A DNA stretch of 64,000 nt, taken from contig CAVTRN010000001.1 in NCBI GenBank assembly GCA_963737155.1, positions 736,001 through 800,000 of the forward strand. The letters run 5' to 3'. The notes beneath the pieces were generated by a model that was not told the origin of the DNA, did no database searches, and was given only the letters and a program-made list of their open reading frames with translations. The stretch's first letter is position 1. Every line of letters begins with the position of its first letter. Positions 42,597 through 52,106 of the stretch are shown in pieces. The position numbers were made by a program, and so were the translations under genes. Source of the stretch: Nitrospirota bacterium. Its GTDB lineage: Bacteria; Nitrospirota; UBA9217.

Positions 42597-43139
42597 ATGC
42601 TAAAAAGATCCATCGCCTTTATTGCTGTATTTGTTCTGGTTCTATCATTCGGAGCATGCAAGAAAAAAGAAGAGACGCCCCAGTTGCCATCAGGTCAACC
42701 GAGTGTCGGAGGGGGAATGCCCCCGGCCGGCATGCCGCCAGCGGGTATGCCGCCAGCCGTTGCGCCGAACTTACCAACGGTCGAGCGGCAAGTTGTGGTT
42801 TCGAAAGAAGTAAAGGCGAAGTGGAAGGCAGTGACACTGGCAGTTGAAGACAAAACATCCATGAAGACCAAAGAATATACCATAAACATCGGATCCCAGT
42901 TTGCCATCCCCGGCACCAAGTTGGTTGTTAAGGTGCTCAATTTCCTGCCGGACTTCAAAATGTCCGACAAGGAGTTTATGTCTCCTACGGATAAGCCGAA
43001 CATGCCCGCGGTGCAGATTTTTGTTTCCGAGAATGGGAAGGAGATTTGGAGAAACTGGCTGTTCTCGTTGCAGCCCACAGTTCATCCCTTCCAGCATGAG
43101 AAGATCGGCATCACGCTTGTGGGCGGTGTTCCCAGGTAG
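42597..43139 (+). CDS. Lipoprotein with Pro-rich linker (possibly DUF2155-like)
   Basis: Lipobox FGAC, (GMPPA)x3 linker, C-terminal WLF...P..HPF.H; AGGAGG RBS. Confidence 0.7.
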   Translation: MLKRSIAFIAVFVLVLSFGACKKKEETPQLPSGQPSVGGGMPPAGMPPAGMPPAVAPNLPTVERQVVVSKEVKAKWKAVTLAVEDKTSMKTKEYTINIGSQFAIPGTKLVVKVLNFLPDFKMSDKEFMSPTDKPNMPAVQIFVSENGKEIWRNWLFSLQPTVHPFQHEKIGITLVGGVPR

Positions 43140-43184
43140 TTTCAGATTTCGGTGTTACTAGCTCATGCGCAGATGCGTTTTTTT

Positions 43185-43261
43185 GCGCCCATAGCTCAGC
43201 TGGATAGAGCAACGGACTACGAATCCGTAGGCCAGAGGTTCGAATCCTCTTGGGCGCACCA
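43185..43261 (+). tRNA. tRNA-Arg(ACG)
   Basis: 77-nt cloverleaf; anticodon loop CT-ACG-AA; CCA. Confidence 0.96.
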
Positions 43262-43303
43262 TCTATCCTGAACAGAATTATTATCCGAGCGCAGGAAAGG
43301 GAA

Positions 43304-43798
43304 ATGGGACAGGGGCGGAGGACAGACGAGGATTTCATGACCCTGGCCTTGGCAGAGGCGCACAAGGCTGATGCTTTGGGTGAAACGCCGGTCGGAGCCG
43401 TACTTATCATCGGCGATGAGGTTATTTCCTCGGCCCACAATATGCGCGAGACATGGCAGGACCCCGCAGCCCATGCCGAACTGCTTGCAGTACGCGAGGC
43501 AGCGACCAGGCTCGGAAGGTGGCGGCTTTCGGACGCAACTCTATATGTGACTCTTGAGCCATGCCTGATGTGTTCTGGCGTCTTAGTGCTTGCGAGAGTC
43601 GGAAGGCTGGTGTATGGTTGCCGCGATTCCAAGGCTGGCGCGCTCGGATCGGTATACGATGTCGTGCGAGACGGCAGGCTGAACCATACCTATCGGATAA
43701 CACCCGGCATTCTGGAGGCGGAATGCCGTCAGGTACTTCAAAACTTTTTTGAAAAAGTTAGAAATAAGCCCCTTGGATCGAAGGCATCGAGGGTGTGA
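43304..43798 (+). CDS. tadA: tRNA adenosine(34) deaminase TadA
   Basis: ETPVGAV, HAE, YVTLEPCLMC and GALGS motifs; adjacent to tRNA-Arg(ACG). Confidence 0.93.
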   Translation: MGQGRRTDEDFMTLALAEAHKADALGETPVGAVLIIGDEVISSAHNMRETWQDPAAHAELLAVREAATRLGRWRLSDATLYVTLEPCLMCSGVLVLARVGRLVYGCRDSKAGALGSVYDVVRDGRLNHTYRITPGILEAECRQVLQNFFEKVRNKPLGSKASRV

Positions 43799-43865
43799 TG
43801 GGGCAACGGCTTGAAGACTCGGCACGCTTATGTAACTTCAGAACCGTAAGTTATTGATGAAACCC

Positions 43866-43955
43866 GGAGAGGTGGCCGAGCGGCTGAAGGCGGCAGTCTC
43901 GAAAACTGTTGTGGGGGTAACTCCACCGGGGGTTCAAATCCCCCCCTCTCCGCCA
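43866..43955 (+). tRNA. tRNA-Ser(CGA)
   Basis: Anticodon loop CT-CGA-AA; long variable arm; CCA. Confidence 0.95.
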
Positions 43956-44006
43956 TACACCAAAAAGATTTAAACGGTTCATGCGGTCGAACAAAATGAA
44001 GATCAC

Positions 44007-44094
44007 GGAGAGGTGGCCGAGCGGCTGAAGGCGCACGCTTGGAAAGCGTGTTTAGGGAAACCTAACGTGGGTTCAAATCCCACCCTCTCCGCCA
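44007..44094 (+). tRNA. tRNA-Ser(GGA)
   Basis: Anticodon loop TT-GGA-AA; long variable arm; CCA. Confidence 0.95.
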
Positions 44095-44192
44095 TATTTA
44101 AAAAAAGTTCATAGTTTAGAGTAAGAGTTAAAATGATTATAAATGATTTTACCTTAAGCATTGAACCCTAAACAACGTGCTATTTTATAAGC

Positions 44193-44305
44193 GCTCATGA
44201 GCCCGGGTCCTGCGCAACCACGGTCCCGTGAACCCCGTCAGGTCCGGAAGGAAGCAGCGGTAAGCGGGGTCCGGGTGTGCCGCAGGGGCACCCGGGTTCA
44301 TGAGC
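44193..44305 (+). ncRNA. ffs: Signal recognition particle RNA (small type)
   Basis: Core TCAGGTCCGGAAGGAAGCAGC within a long closing stem GCTCATGAGCCCGGG/CCCGGGTTCATGAGC; lies upstream of dnaX. Confidence 0.96.
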
Positions 44306-44491
44306 TTTTTATTTTTTAAAAGCGGAGACAAAAAACAAAAATGAAAAAATTGATGGGACAATGGTTGAACCCAGCTTATATCAGGATAATCTATGAATAG
44401 ATTTTTCCCGTGAAGTTGTGATTTTTTCCCCTCATCGATTTCTATGTTCATCAGTAGTTACTAGGCACTGCCAGGTTGTTGCGAGGGCGCT

Positions 44492-46150
44492 ATGAGTTAC
44501 CAGGTGCTGGCTAGAAAATGGAGGCCCCAGGTTTTCGATGATGTTGTTGGTCAGGGGCACATCACGAGAACGCTCCAAAACGCGATTGTTTCGAGACGAC
44601 TCGCCCATGCATTCCTGTTCTCGGGCCCTCGAGGCGTGGGAAAAACCACCACGGCTCGTATCCTTGCCAAAGCGTTGAACTGCAGTCAGGGTCCGACACC
44701 GACACCCTGCGGCAAATGCGATTCCTGTCTCGAAACCGCAGCCGGTACCTCGGTGGATGTCGTTGAGATCGACGGCGCATCGAATAGGGGCATTGAGCAC
44801 ATCCGCGAACTGCGCGAGGCTGTTAAATATGCTCCTGTCGGCGGCAAGTACAAGGTCTACGTGATCGACGAGGTCCATATGCTCACGAACGAGGCCTTCA
44901 ACGCCCTGCTCAAGACGCTTGAAGAACCGCCGCCCCACGTCATTTTCATTTTTGCCACAACGGAACCGCAAAAAATACCCGCAACGATTCACTCCCGCTG
45001 CCAGCGCTACGGGTTCAAGCGTGTGTCGCTTCTCGAAATCATCGGGAGGCTTCGCACAATCGCCGAAGCGGAGGGCATAAAAATTACGGACCGGGGCCTT
45101 TCAATGATTGCACGCGCGGCGGAAGGCAGTATGCGGGACTCGCAGAGTCTCCTGGATCAGGCGGTTTCATATAGTGGGATGGAGATCAACGATGGTGATC
45201 TCCAGGCCACTCTTGGTACTGTAGCCCAAGAGCGTCTGCTACAATTTGCAGACAGTCTCTTAGCAAGGGATGCCAGCGATCTCCTCAAGCAAGTTGATGC
45301 TCTGATGGAGCAGGGGCAGGATATGCGCCAGTTTCTTACCGGGATGGTGGAGCATCTGAGAAATCTGATGATTGTGAAAATTACGTCTGATCCGGGCCAA
45401 ATCATGGAGCTTTCCGCAGCCGATATCGAAGCCATAAGGCGACAGGCTGAAAAGGCCGAAGCAGAACAACTGCTTATGCTTTTTGACAGTCTTTCAAAAA
45501 CGCTCGACGATATGCGCTGGTCGCCCCATCAGAGATTTACTCTTGAAATCGGCCTCATCAAAGCCTGCAGTCTTGCTCCGCTTCAGCCGCTTGCAGAAGT
45601 GCTTGGCCGCATAAAAGAACTCGAGACACGGCTCGAATCGGGCAAGCAGGTTTTGACGGTTCCCGCAGGAGCGCCAACACATACGACGCGAGGGGGGCGT
45701 GAATCGCCTCAATCTTTTGTCCGGCCTGTAGTACGCTCGTCAGCGGCCCCTCTTTCCCCGTCAGCAGCATCGGGCTGCGAACAGGGTGATGTTTGGGGCG
45801 TGATCATGAAAGTGCTCAAATCCAAAAAGCCGGGCCTTGCCTCTTTTTTGGAGGATAGCACACTGCTTGAAGATGCCGATACGACTTTAGTCCTCGGCGT
45901 GAAAGGTGTTTTTCAGGTTAGTCAGGCAGAAAAGCGGGAAAATCTCGACATTATCGAGCAAGCAGTCCTAGAGGTTCTGGGCAGAAAAGTTCAGGTGAAG
46001 GTCAAGCCTCTTGGAGATACGCTGAGGAGCGTTGTCAAACCGAAAAGCTCCAAAAAGATCAGACCAGAAGAGCAGGATCCCGTTGTCCAGGATATTCTTC
46101 GCGTTTTTCCACAGGGTGAAATCATAGAACATGACAACTCTACTGACTGA
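44492..46150 (+). CDS. dnaX: DNA polymerase III subunit gamma/tau
   Basis: ARKWRPQ, GPRGVGKTT, EIDGASN, IDEVHML and SRC motifs. Confidence 0.98.
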   Translation: MSYQVLARKWRPQVFDDVVGQGHITRTLQNAIVSRRLAHAFLFSGPRGVGKTTTARILAKALNCSQGPTPTPCGKCDSCLETAAGTSVDVVEIDGASNRGIEHIRELREAVKYAPVGGKYKVYVIDEVHMLTNEAFNALLKTLEEPPPHVIFIFATTEPQKIPATIHSRCQRYGFKRVSLLEIIGRLRTIAEAEGIKITDRGLSMIARAAEGSMRDSQSLLDQAVSYSGMEINDGDLQATLGTVAQERLLQFADSLLARDASDLLKQVDALMEQGQDMRQFLTGMVEHLRNLMIVKITSDPGQIMELSAADIEAIRRQAEKAEAEQLLMLFDSLSKTLDDMRWSPHQRFTLEIGLIKACSLAPLQPLAEVLGRIKELETRLESGKQVLTVPAGAPTHTTRGGRESPQSFVRPVVRSSAAPLSPSAASGCEQGDVWGVIMKVLKSKKPGLASFLEDSTLLEDADTTLVLGVKGVFQVSQAEKRENLDIIEQAVLEVLGRKVQVKVKPLGDTLRSVVKPKSSKKIRPEEQDPVVQDILRVFPQGEIIEHDNSTD

Positions 46151-46290
46151 CAACTCCCTGCAGCTGCAACCAGCCATTTAATTTTTTTATACAGCAATAA
46201 ATTTCGCAATTTTTGTTGCAAAACCGAAAAATTTCTTTTAATATATTCTCCCTTAACAGTTTTTAAAATATCTTTTAATCAGGATATCCT

Positions 46291-46611
46291 ATGTCAAAAA
46301 ATATGCTCAGCAACATCATGAAACAGGCCCAGCAGATGCAGGAGCGGGTTAAAAAGCTCCAAGAGGAAGCTGGAGGAAAAACCGTGGAGGCTTCTTCCGG
46401 TGGCGGTATGGTGACCGTCGTTTCCAATGGCAGGCAGGAAGTCCTTTCCATTAAAATAGACGCCTCGGTAGTCGACCCAAAGGATATTGAAATGCTTCAG
46501 GATCTGGTCACTGCCGCGGTAAACGAGGCGCTCAGAAAATCTCAGGACCTGATGAAGGAAGAAATGTCCAAACTGACTTCAGGCATGGGGATTCCGCCCG
46601 GTTTGTTTTAG
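46291..46611 (+). CDS. ybaB: YbaB/EbfC nucleoid-associated protein
   Basis: MKQAQQMQ, GGGMVTV and EMLQDLV.AAVNEA motifs; dnaX-ybaB-recR synteny. Confidence 0.95.
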   Translation: MSKNMLSNIMKQAQQMQERVKKLQEEAGGKTVEASSGGGMVTVVSNGRQEVLSIKIDASVVDPKDIEMLQDLVTAAVNEALRKSQDLMKEEMSKLTSGMGIPPGLF

Positions 46612-46711
46612 CACAGGGTTATACATGGAGCGCGGCGCACAGGACAGGGCAGCAGTAAATGAGCAAACGTCCCGGACTTCCCCGCAGGAACGAAAACAGG
46701 GGAGGGTCGGC

Positions 46712-47320
46712 GTGCAAGCTGTTGAAGTCTCGGGTAAGGCACTCGGTAGGATGGTCGAGGCTTTCATGAAGCTGCCCGGGATTGGCAGAAAGAGCGCCGA
46801 GCGGCTCGCCTTTGCTGTCCTCAGCATGCCGCAGAGCGAGGCTGCGGGCATAGCGCAGGCTATCCTAGACCTAAAAAATAACACTCGGTATTGCTCTGTA
46901 TGCAGTAATATTACCGAGGATGAGTTGTGTAGCATATGCCGCGATGAAAAGCGCGACAGCACTCGCATATGTGTTGTTGAAGAGCCGAGCAATATTCTTG
47001 TTCTTGAAAAAAACGGCATCTTCCGGGGACGCTATCATGCGCTACTCGGTGCCATCTCTCCGCTCGATGGTATTGGCCCGGAAGACCTTAAAATCGACGC
47101 CCTCATGGATCGCTTGAAGTCTGGCTTGGTCAGGGAAGTCATCATCGCGACGAATCCCACGGTAAAGGGCGAAACAACGGCGCTCTATCTTTCCAAATTG
47201 ATCAAACCTCTCGGGATCAGTGTCAGCCGGATCGCCTATGGCCTTCCGGTCGGCGGTGATATTGAGTACGCCGACGAGAATACCGTCCAGCGGGCGCTCG
47301 AAGGCCGGCGGGAAATGTGA
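46712..47320 (+). CDS. recR: Recombination mediator RecR (GTG start chosen from the RBS; ORF opens at 46625)
   Basis: LPGIGRKSAERLA, C4 zinc finger, ISPLDGIGP and GGDIEYAD motifs. Confidence 0.97.
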   Translation: MQAVEVSGKALGRMVEAFMKLPGIGRKSAERLAFAVLSMPQSEAAGIAQAILDLKNNTRYCSVCSNITEDELCSICRDEKRDSTRICVVEEPSNILVLEKNGIFRGRYHALLGAISPLDGIGPEDLKIDALMDRLKSGLVREVIIATNPTVKGETTALYLSKLIKPLGISVSRIAYGLPVGGDIEYADENTVQRALEGRREM

Positions 47321-47405
47321 TTTAATGGCTGACTTCGGATAGTGGAGTGCAGATTGAACAATAAATCCGAAATCGCAATCCGAAATTGAGCAGGAGGACA
47401 AATCC

Positions 47406-47981
47406 ATGGCAGATATGATTGAAATCAGGTGGCACGGAAGAGGGGGTCAGGGAACCGTCACCGCGGCCAAGGTGCTCGCTGACGCCTGTCTTTCCGGCGG
47501 ACGCCAGGTGCAGGCGTTCCCGGAATATGGGCCGGAACGCGCTGGTGCGCCGCTCCGTGCATACAACCGTATAAGCGAAAAAACGCTCCGGATGCATTGC
47601 CCTGTGCTAAATCCGGGAGTGGTTGCGGTGGTGGATGCGTCGCTCCTTGACGCGATCAACGTTGCTGAAGGCGCGAAAGACGATGCCATCTTCGTAATCA
47701 ATACTAGTAAGGACCCGACAGAAGTCCGTGAGAAACTGAAAGCAAAGCCTTCCCAGAAGGTTTTCACGATCGATGCGACCAAAATCGCGATTGAGCAGAT
47801 CGGTCGGCCAATGCCGAACGCCTCCATGCTCGGTGCTGTAAACAAGGCCACGGGGATTGTGGCAATGGATATGCTACTCGATGACGTGAAAGGGAGCTTC
47901 GGTAAGAAGTTCGCCCAGAAGATCATTGATGGAAATCTGGCAGCGGTTAAGCGCGGATACGAGGAGGTAAGGCAGGGATGA
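47406..47981 (+). CDS. porC: Pyruvate/2-oxoacid:ferredoxin oxidoreductase gamma subunit
   Basis: EIRWHGRGGQG and FPEYGPERAGAP motifs. Confidence 0.92.
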   Translation: MADMIEIRWHGRGGQGTVTAAKVLADACLSGGRQVQAFPEYGPERAGAPLRAYNRISEKTLRMHCPVLNPGVVAVVDASLLDAINVAEGAKDDAIFVINTSKDPTEVREKLKAKPSQKVFTIDATKIAIEQIGRPMPNASMLGAVNKATGIVAMDMLLDDVKGSFGKKFAQKIIDGNLAAVKRGYEEVRQG

Positions 47982-48271
47982 AACAGATGAACTGGAAAGA
48001 ATTGCCTCATGCTGGAACGATCCTAAAGGCCGGCAATGCGAATGAATATAATACAGGTTCTTGGCGTTCGTTTAAGCCGAGGTGGGTCCAAGATAACTGC
48101 ATTCAGTGTCTGTTCTGCTGGATTTACTGCCCCGATTCCGCGGTCACGGTAAAAGATGAAAAGATGACTGGTTTCGATTATGATCACTGCAAAGGCTGCG
48201 GTGTATGCGCCATGGAATGCCCGGGCAAGAAGGGCAACAAGGCCATTGTCATGGAAGAGGAGGGCAAATAA
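47978..48271 (+). CDS. porD: Pyruvate/2-oxoacid:ferredoxin oxidoreductase delta subunit (2x[4Fe-4S])
   Basis: TGSWR, CIQCLFCWIYCP and CKGCGVCAMECP motifs. Confidence 0.92.
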   Translation: MKQMNWKELPHAGTILKAGNANEYNTGSWRSFKPRWVQDNCIQCLFCWIYCPDSAVTVKDEKMTGFDYDHCKGCGVCAMECPGKKGNKAIVMEEEGK

Positions 48272-48273
48272 TT

Positions 48274-49461
48274 ATGGCTGTAGCGACGACAAAAACCGTG
48301 GCGGTCACTGGCAACCAGGCTGTTGCCGAAGCGCTCCGCCAGTTAAACCCCGATGTGATGCCCGCCTATCCCATTACGCCGTCAACAGGAATCATGGAGT
48401 CGTTTACCACTTTCGTCTCGAACGGCAAGGTGGACACCGAGACGATCCTTGTAGAGAGTGAACACAGCGCCATGAGCGCCTGCATCGGTGCATCTGCGGC
48501 GGGCGGCCGCGTTGCAACGGCGACGAGTGCACAGGGTCTGGCCCTTATGTGGGAGATGCTCCACATTGCGTCCGGTTATCGCCTGCCGATTTTGATGGCG
48601 CTCGTAAACAGGGCATTATCCGCGCCGCTCAATATTCACGGCGATCACTCAGACGGCATGGGCATGCGCGATTGCGGATGGATCCAGCTCTTTTCGGAAA
48701 ATGCCCAGGAAGCGTACGACAACACGATCATGGCCTACAGGATCGCGGAGCACAAGGACGTGCGGTTGCCGATCGCGGTTAACATGGATGGATTCATCAT
48801 AAGCCACTCCATCGAGAGCATGCAGTACATGACCGATGAAAACGTGAAAAAGTTCGTAGGTGAATATATCGCCATCAATCCACTGCTTGATATCGACAAC
48901 CCGAAGAGCATCGGGGCGCTCGTGCTGCCGGACTACTACATGGAGCACAAGCGCGCCCAACACGAGGCCATGCTGAATGTGAAGCGCGTCGTAGAAGAGG
49001 TATCCGACGAATTTGCTGGGATTACGGGCAGGAAATATGACCTGTTCGAATCGTACCGGATCGAGGATGCTGAGATCGTGCTTGTGGCGCTGAACTCCGC
49101 CGCCGGCACGATCAAAGATGAAGTCGACCGGTATCGTGCGAAAGGTGTCAAGGCTGGCCTGCTGAAACCCCGGCTTTTCCGACCCTTCCCCTATGACGAA
49201 ATAGGCGCCGCGCTCAAGAACGCTCAGGCTGTCTGTGTCATGGACCGTGCGGATTCCTACGGAGGCTATGGCCCGCTGTTTATGGAAATCGCTTCAGCAC
49301 TATATCCCCAGCGAGGACCAGTTATGTTCAACAAAATCTACGGCCTCGGCGGTAGGGACCTGATGCCCCTCGATGTGGACACGGTGATTGAAGAGACCGC
49401 GGAAGTCGCCAAGAGCAGCAAAGTCAGGATGATGAAAGAGTACATTACAATCAGAAATTAA
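48274..49461 (+). CDS. porA: Pyruvate:ferredoxin oxidoreductase alpha subunit
   Basis: AYPITPST, VESEHSA, NRALSAPLNIHGDHSD and GLGGRD motifs. Confidence 0.93.
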   Translation: MAVATTKTVAVTGNQAVAEALRQLNPDVMPAYPITPSTGIMESFTTFVSNGKVDTETILVESEHSAMSACIGASAAGGRVATATSAQGLALMWEMLHIASGYRLPILMALVNRALSAPLNIHGDHSDGMGMRDCGWIQLFSENAQEAYDNTIMAYRIAEHKDVRLPIAVNMDGFIISHSIESMQYMTDENVKKFVGEYIAINPLLDIDNPKSIGALVLPDYYMEHKRAQHEAMLNVKRVVEEVSDEFAGITGRKYDLFESYRIEDAEIVLVALNSAAGTIKDEVDRYRAKGVKAGLLKPRLFRPFPYDEIGAALKNAQAVCVMDRADSYGGYGPLFMEIASALYPQRGPVMFNKIYGLGGRDLMPLDVDTVIEETAEVAKSSKVRMMKEYITIRN

Positions 49462-49551
49462 TAAATAAAGTCAACCGCAGAGGGCGCCGAGGACAATGAG
49501 AGTCGAACGTTGATTCCCTCAGTGGCTTTGTGGTTATCCAAGGAGAAGAGA

Positions 49552-50505
49552 ATGAGCACGACACCGGAAAAATCCCTGACTCTTAAATCGCTGTCACACA
49601 AACCGAATCAACTCACTGGCGGTCATCGAATGTGTTCTGGGTGCGGCGCGCCGACGGTTGTGCGCCAAGTTCTCTTGGCCATAGACGGACCCATTGTGAT
49701 CGCGAACGCCACGGGCTGTCTTGAGGTGTCGACCTGTCTGTTCCCATACACAGCCTGGCAGGTACCCTGGATGCATAGTGCTTTCGAAAACGCCGCTGCC
49801 ACTGCCTCTGGGATAGAAACGATGTACCGGGCGCTCCGGAAAAAAGGCAAAATCAGCAAGGATATCAAGTTTATTGCTTTCGGTGGCGACGGCGGCACCT
49901 ATGATATTGGGTTCCAAGCGCTTTCTGGCGCAATGGAGCGGGGTCACCAGCTCCTTTATATCTGTTACGATAACGGCGCCTACATGAACACCGGTATCCA
50001 GCGATCGAGTGCTACCCCCCTCGGCGCAGACACAACCACGCAGCCAGTAGGCTCTCAAGTTCAGGGAAAAACGCAACGCCGTAAGGATCTCACACGCATA
50101 ATGGCCGCACATAATGTGGCTTATGCTGCGCAGGCTTCACCGCATAACTGGAAGGACCTCATGACCAAAGTGAAAAAAGCTCTGGAAACAAACGGGCCTG
50201 CCTATATGGGTGTTATCGCTCCCTGCAACCGTGGGTGGAGGTCTCAGACCAATGATTCGATCCTTTTGTCCCGGCTCGCGGTCGAGACGTGCTACTGGCC
50301 TCTCTATGAAGTCCAGGATGGCAAGTGGACCATTAACTATGATCCGAAGGATAAAAAGAAGCCTGTTGCGGATTGGCTCAAGCCGCAGGGTCGGTTTAAA
50401 CATTTTTTTGCGCCGGGAAATGAGGCGTTGCTGGAGAGGTTCCAAAATCTTGTGAACGAAGACTGGGAGAGCCTGAAGAAACTCCAGGAGATGTCCAAGG
50501 GTTGA
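49552..50505 (+). CDS. porB: Pyruvate:ferredoxin oxidoreductase beta subunit (TPP-binding)
   Basis: GHRMCSGCG, TGCLEV, GGDGGTYDIG and YMNTGIQRS motifs. Confidence 0.93.
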   Translation: MSTTPEKSLTLKSLSHKPNQLTGGHRMCSGCGAPTVVRQVLLAIDGPIVIANATGCLEVSTCLFPYTAWQVPWMHSAFENAAATASGIETMYRALRKKGKISKDIKFIAFGGDGGTYDIGFQALSGAMERGHQLLYICYDNGAYMNTGIQRSSATPLGADTTTQPVGSQVQGKTQRRKDLTRIMAAHNVAYAAQASPHNWKDLMTKVKKALETNGPAYMGVIAPCNRGWRSQTNDSILLSRLAVETCYWPLYEVQDGKWTINYDPKDKKKPVADWLKPQGRFKHFFAPGNEALLERFQNLVNEDWESLKKLQEMSKG

Positions 50506-50529
50506 TTTTCACGATTCTGATTCCGAACC

Positions 50530-50564
50530 AAAATAGCCGGGGTGCTGCATCCCCGGCTATTTTT
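50530..50564 (+). terminator. Terminator after the por operon
   Basis: AAAATAGCCGGGG...CCCCGGCTATTTTT hairpin. Confidence 0.85.
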
Positions 50565-50675
50565 ACGTGAAGGATAGAGCCAAAAAAAGCTTGAATTCTC
50601 ACGATTGATATGGTTTAATAACGTCACCTGAGCATTTTGTACTGGGCCATGCAGTTTGGATAAGGAGATGCAGAC

Positions 50676-51170
50676 ATGCTGGGTGCCGATTTAGTGATGT
50701 ATGAAGAAGAGTTTAAACAGATAGACGGAGAACTCCAGCGTCTTCTTCAGCAGGCAAATGCAAAGGTCGTCTTTCTTGTGGACAAGAATGGCCAGCTCAT
50801 TGCTGCGACCGGTGAGACGGAGAACCTCGACACGACGTCGCTGGCATCGCTGACGGCTGGCAATATTGCCGCAACCGGCGGCATGGCCAAGCTTCTGGGC
50901 GAGAAGGAATTTTCCATCCTCTTCCACGAGGGTGCGCGAGACAATATTCATATTTCCATTATTGGACAGCGTGTAATTCTCGTTGTCATTTTTGATCAAC
51001 GCTCTTCATTGGGTCTCGTACGACTCCGCGTGAAAAAGAGTGCCGAGATTCTCAGCAACATATTCAACCAACTCCTGCAAAAAGTGGAAACGGGAAAAGA
51101 TTCCGACAAGGGCAGCGAATCTCCCTTTGCCGAGATTACCGACGAAGACATCGATAAGCTCTTCGGTTAA
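50676..51170 (+). CDS. mglB: Roadblock/LC7 protein MglB (GAP of MglA)
   Basis: MYEEEF...LVDKNGQLIA...SLASLTAGNIAATGG...ITDEDID; precedes mglA. Confidence 0.93.
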   Translation: MLGADLVMYEEEFKQIDGELQRLLQQANAKVVFLVDKNGQLIAATGETENLDTTSLASLTAGNIAATGGMAKLLGEKEFSILFHEGARDNIHISIIGQRVILVVIFDQRSSLGLVRLRVKKSAEILSNIFNQLLQKVETGKDSDKGSESPFAEITDEDIDKLFG

Positions 51171-51221
51171 AGGCAGCCTAGTGTATTCCACAATGATCAC
51201 AAGGAGAGAGATTACGACTCC

Positions 51222-51815
51222 ATGTCCTTTATCAATTATTCTTCGCGAGAGATAAACTGCAAGATCGTCTTCTACGGTCCCGGCCTCTGCGGAAAGACGA
51301 CCAACCTGCAGTGGATTTATAAAAAAACCAACCCAGACAGCAAGGGCAAGATGATCTCTCTAGCGACGGAAACGGAGCGTACCCTGTTTTTTGATTTCCT
51401 GCCACTGGCGCTTGGCGAAATCCGCGGATTTAAGACCCGGTTTCACCTTTACACCGTTCCGGGCCAGGTCTTCTACGATGCGAGCCGCAAGCTCATTCTC
51501 AAGGGTGTTGACGGTGTTGTGTTCGTCGCCGATTCGCAGATCGAGCGTATGGAAGCTAATATCGAAAGCCTCGAAAATCTTCGGTCAAACCTCGCCGAAC
51601 AGGGATATAATATGGACGCGGTGCCCTTGATCATTCAGTACAATAAACGGGACCTTCCGAATGTTGTGCTGATCGAGGAAATGCGCAAAGCGCTGAATTC
51701 GAGGAATGTTCCTGATTTCGAGGCCGTAGCAAGCGAGGGCACGGGTGTGTTCGATACTCTCAAAGCGATTGCAAAACTAGTTATCATGCAATTGAAAAAG
51801 GGTCGGGAAGGTTAA
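51222..51815 (+). CDS. mglA: Small Ras-like GTPase MglA
   Basis: MSFINYSSREINCKIV.YGPGLCGKTTNL, RTLFFDF, TVPGQVFY and NKRD motifs. Confidence 0.96.
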   Translation: MSFINYSSREINCKIVFYGPGLCGKTTNLQWIYKKTNPDSKGKMISLATETERTLFFDFLPLALGEIRGFKTRFHLYTVPGQVFYDASRKLILKGVDGVVFVADSQIERMEANIESLENLRSNLAEQGYNMDAVPLIIQYNKRDLPNVVLIEEMRKALNSRNVPDFEAVASEGTGVFDTLKAIAKLVIMQLKKGREG

Positions 51816-51946
51816 GGTTCCAGGATCCGCCAGCTACGTATAAAAGGAACCAAAAAACTAAATAACCCGTTGACATATCAGGTTATATGTGGTAATTATA
51901 CCAGCCTGATTTCATTGTTCCATCTAAATTAAAACAAACTGATCAT

Positions 51947-52022
51947 TCCCGGATAGCTCAGTCGGTAGAGCTGGTGGCTGTTAACCACCCTGTCGCAGGT
52001 TCGAGTCCTGCTCCGGGAGCCA
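51947..52022 (+). tRNA. tRNA-Asn(GTT)
   Basis: 76-nt cloverleaf; anticodon loop CT-GTT-AA; CCA. Confidence 0.96.
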
Positions 52023-52032
52023 TAACAATATG

Positions 52033-52068
52033 AATAGTCCAATTCCTAAGGGAATTGGACTATTTTTA
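52033..52068 (+). terminator. Terminator after tRNA-Asn
   Basis: AATAGTCCAATTCC-TAAG-GGAATTGGACTATT followed by TTT. Confidence 0.85.
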
Positions 52069-52106
52069 CTTAGCGGCTATTGTCAAGATGTACTCGCGGG
52101 TTGGGG

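Noticed and set aside
44492-46150. Programmed -1 frameshift in dnaX
   Set aside because: I found no A-AAA-AAG slippery site; only A5G runs were seen.
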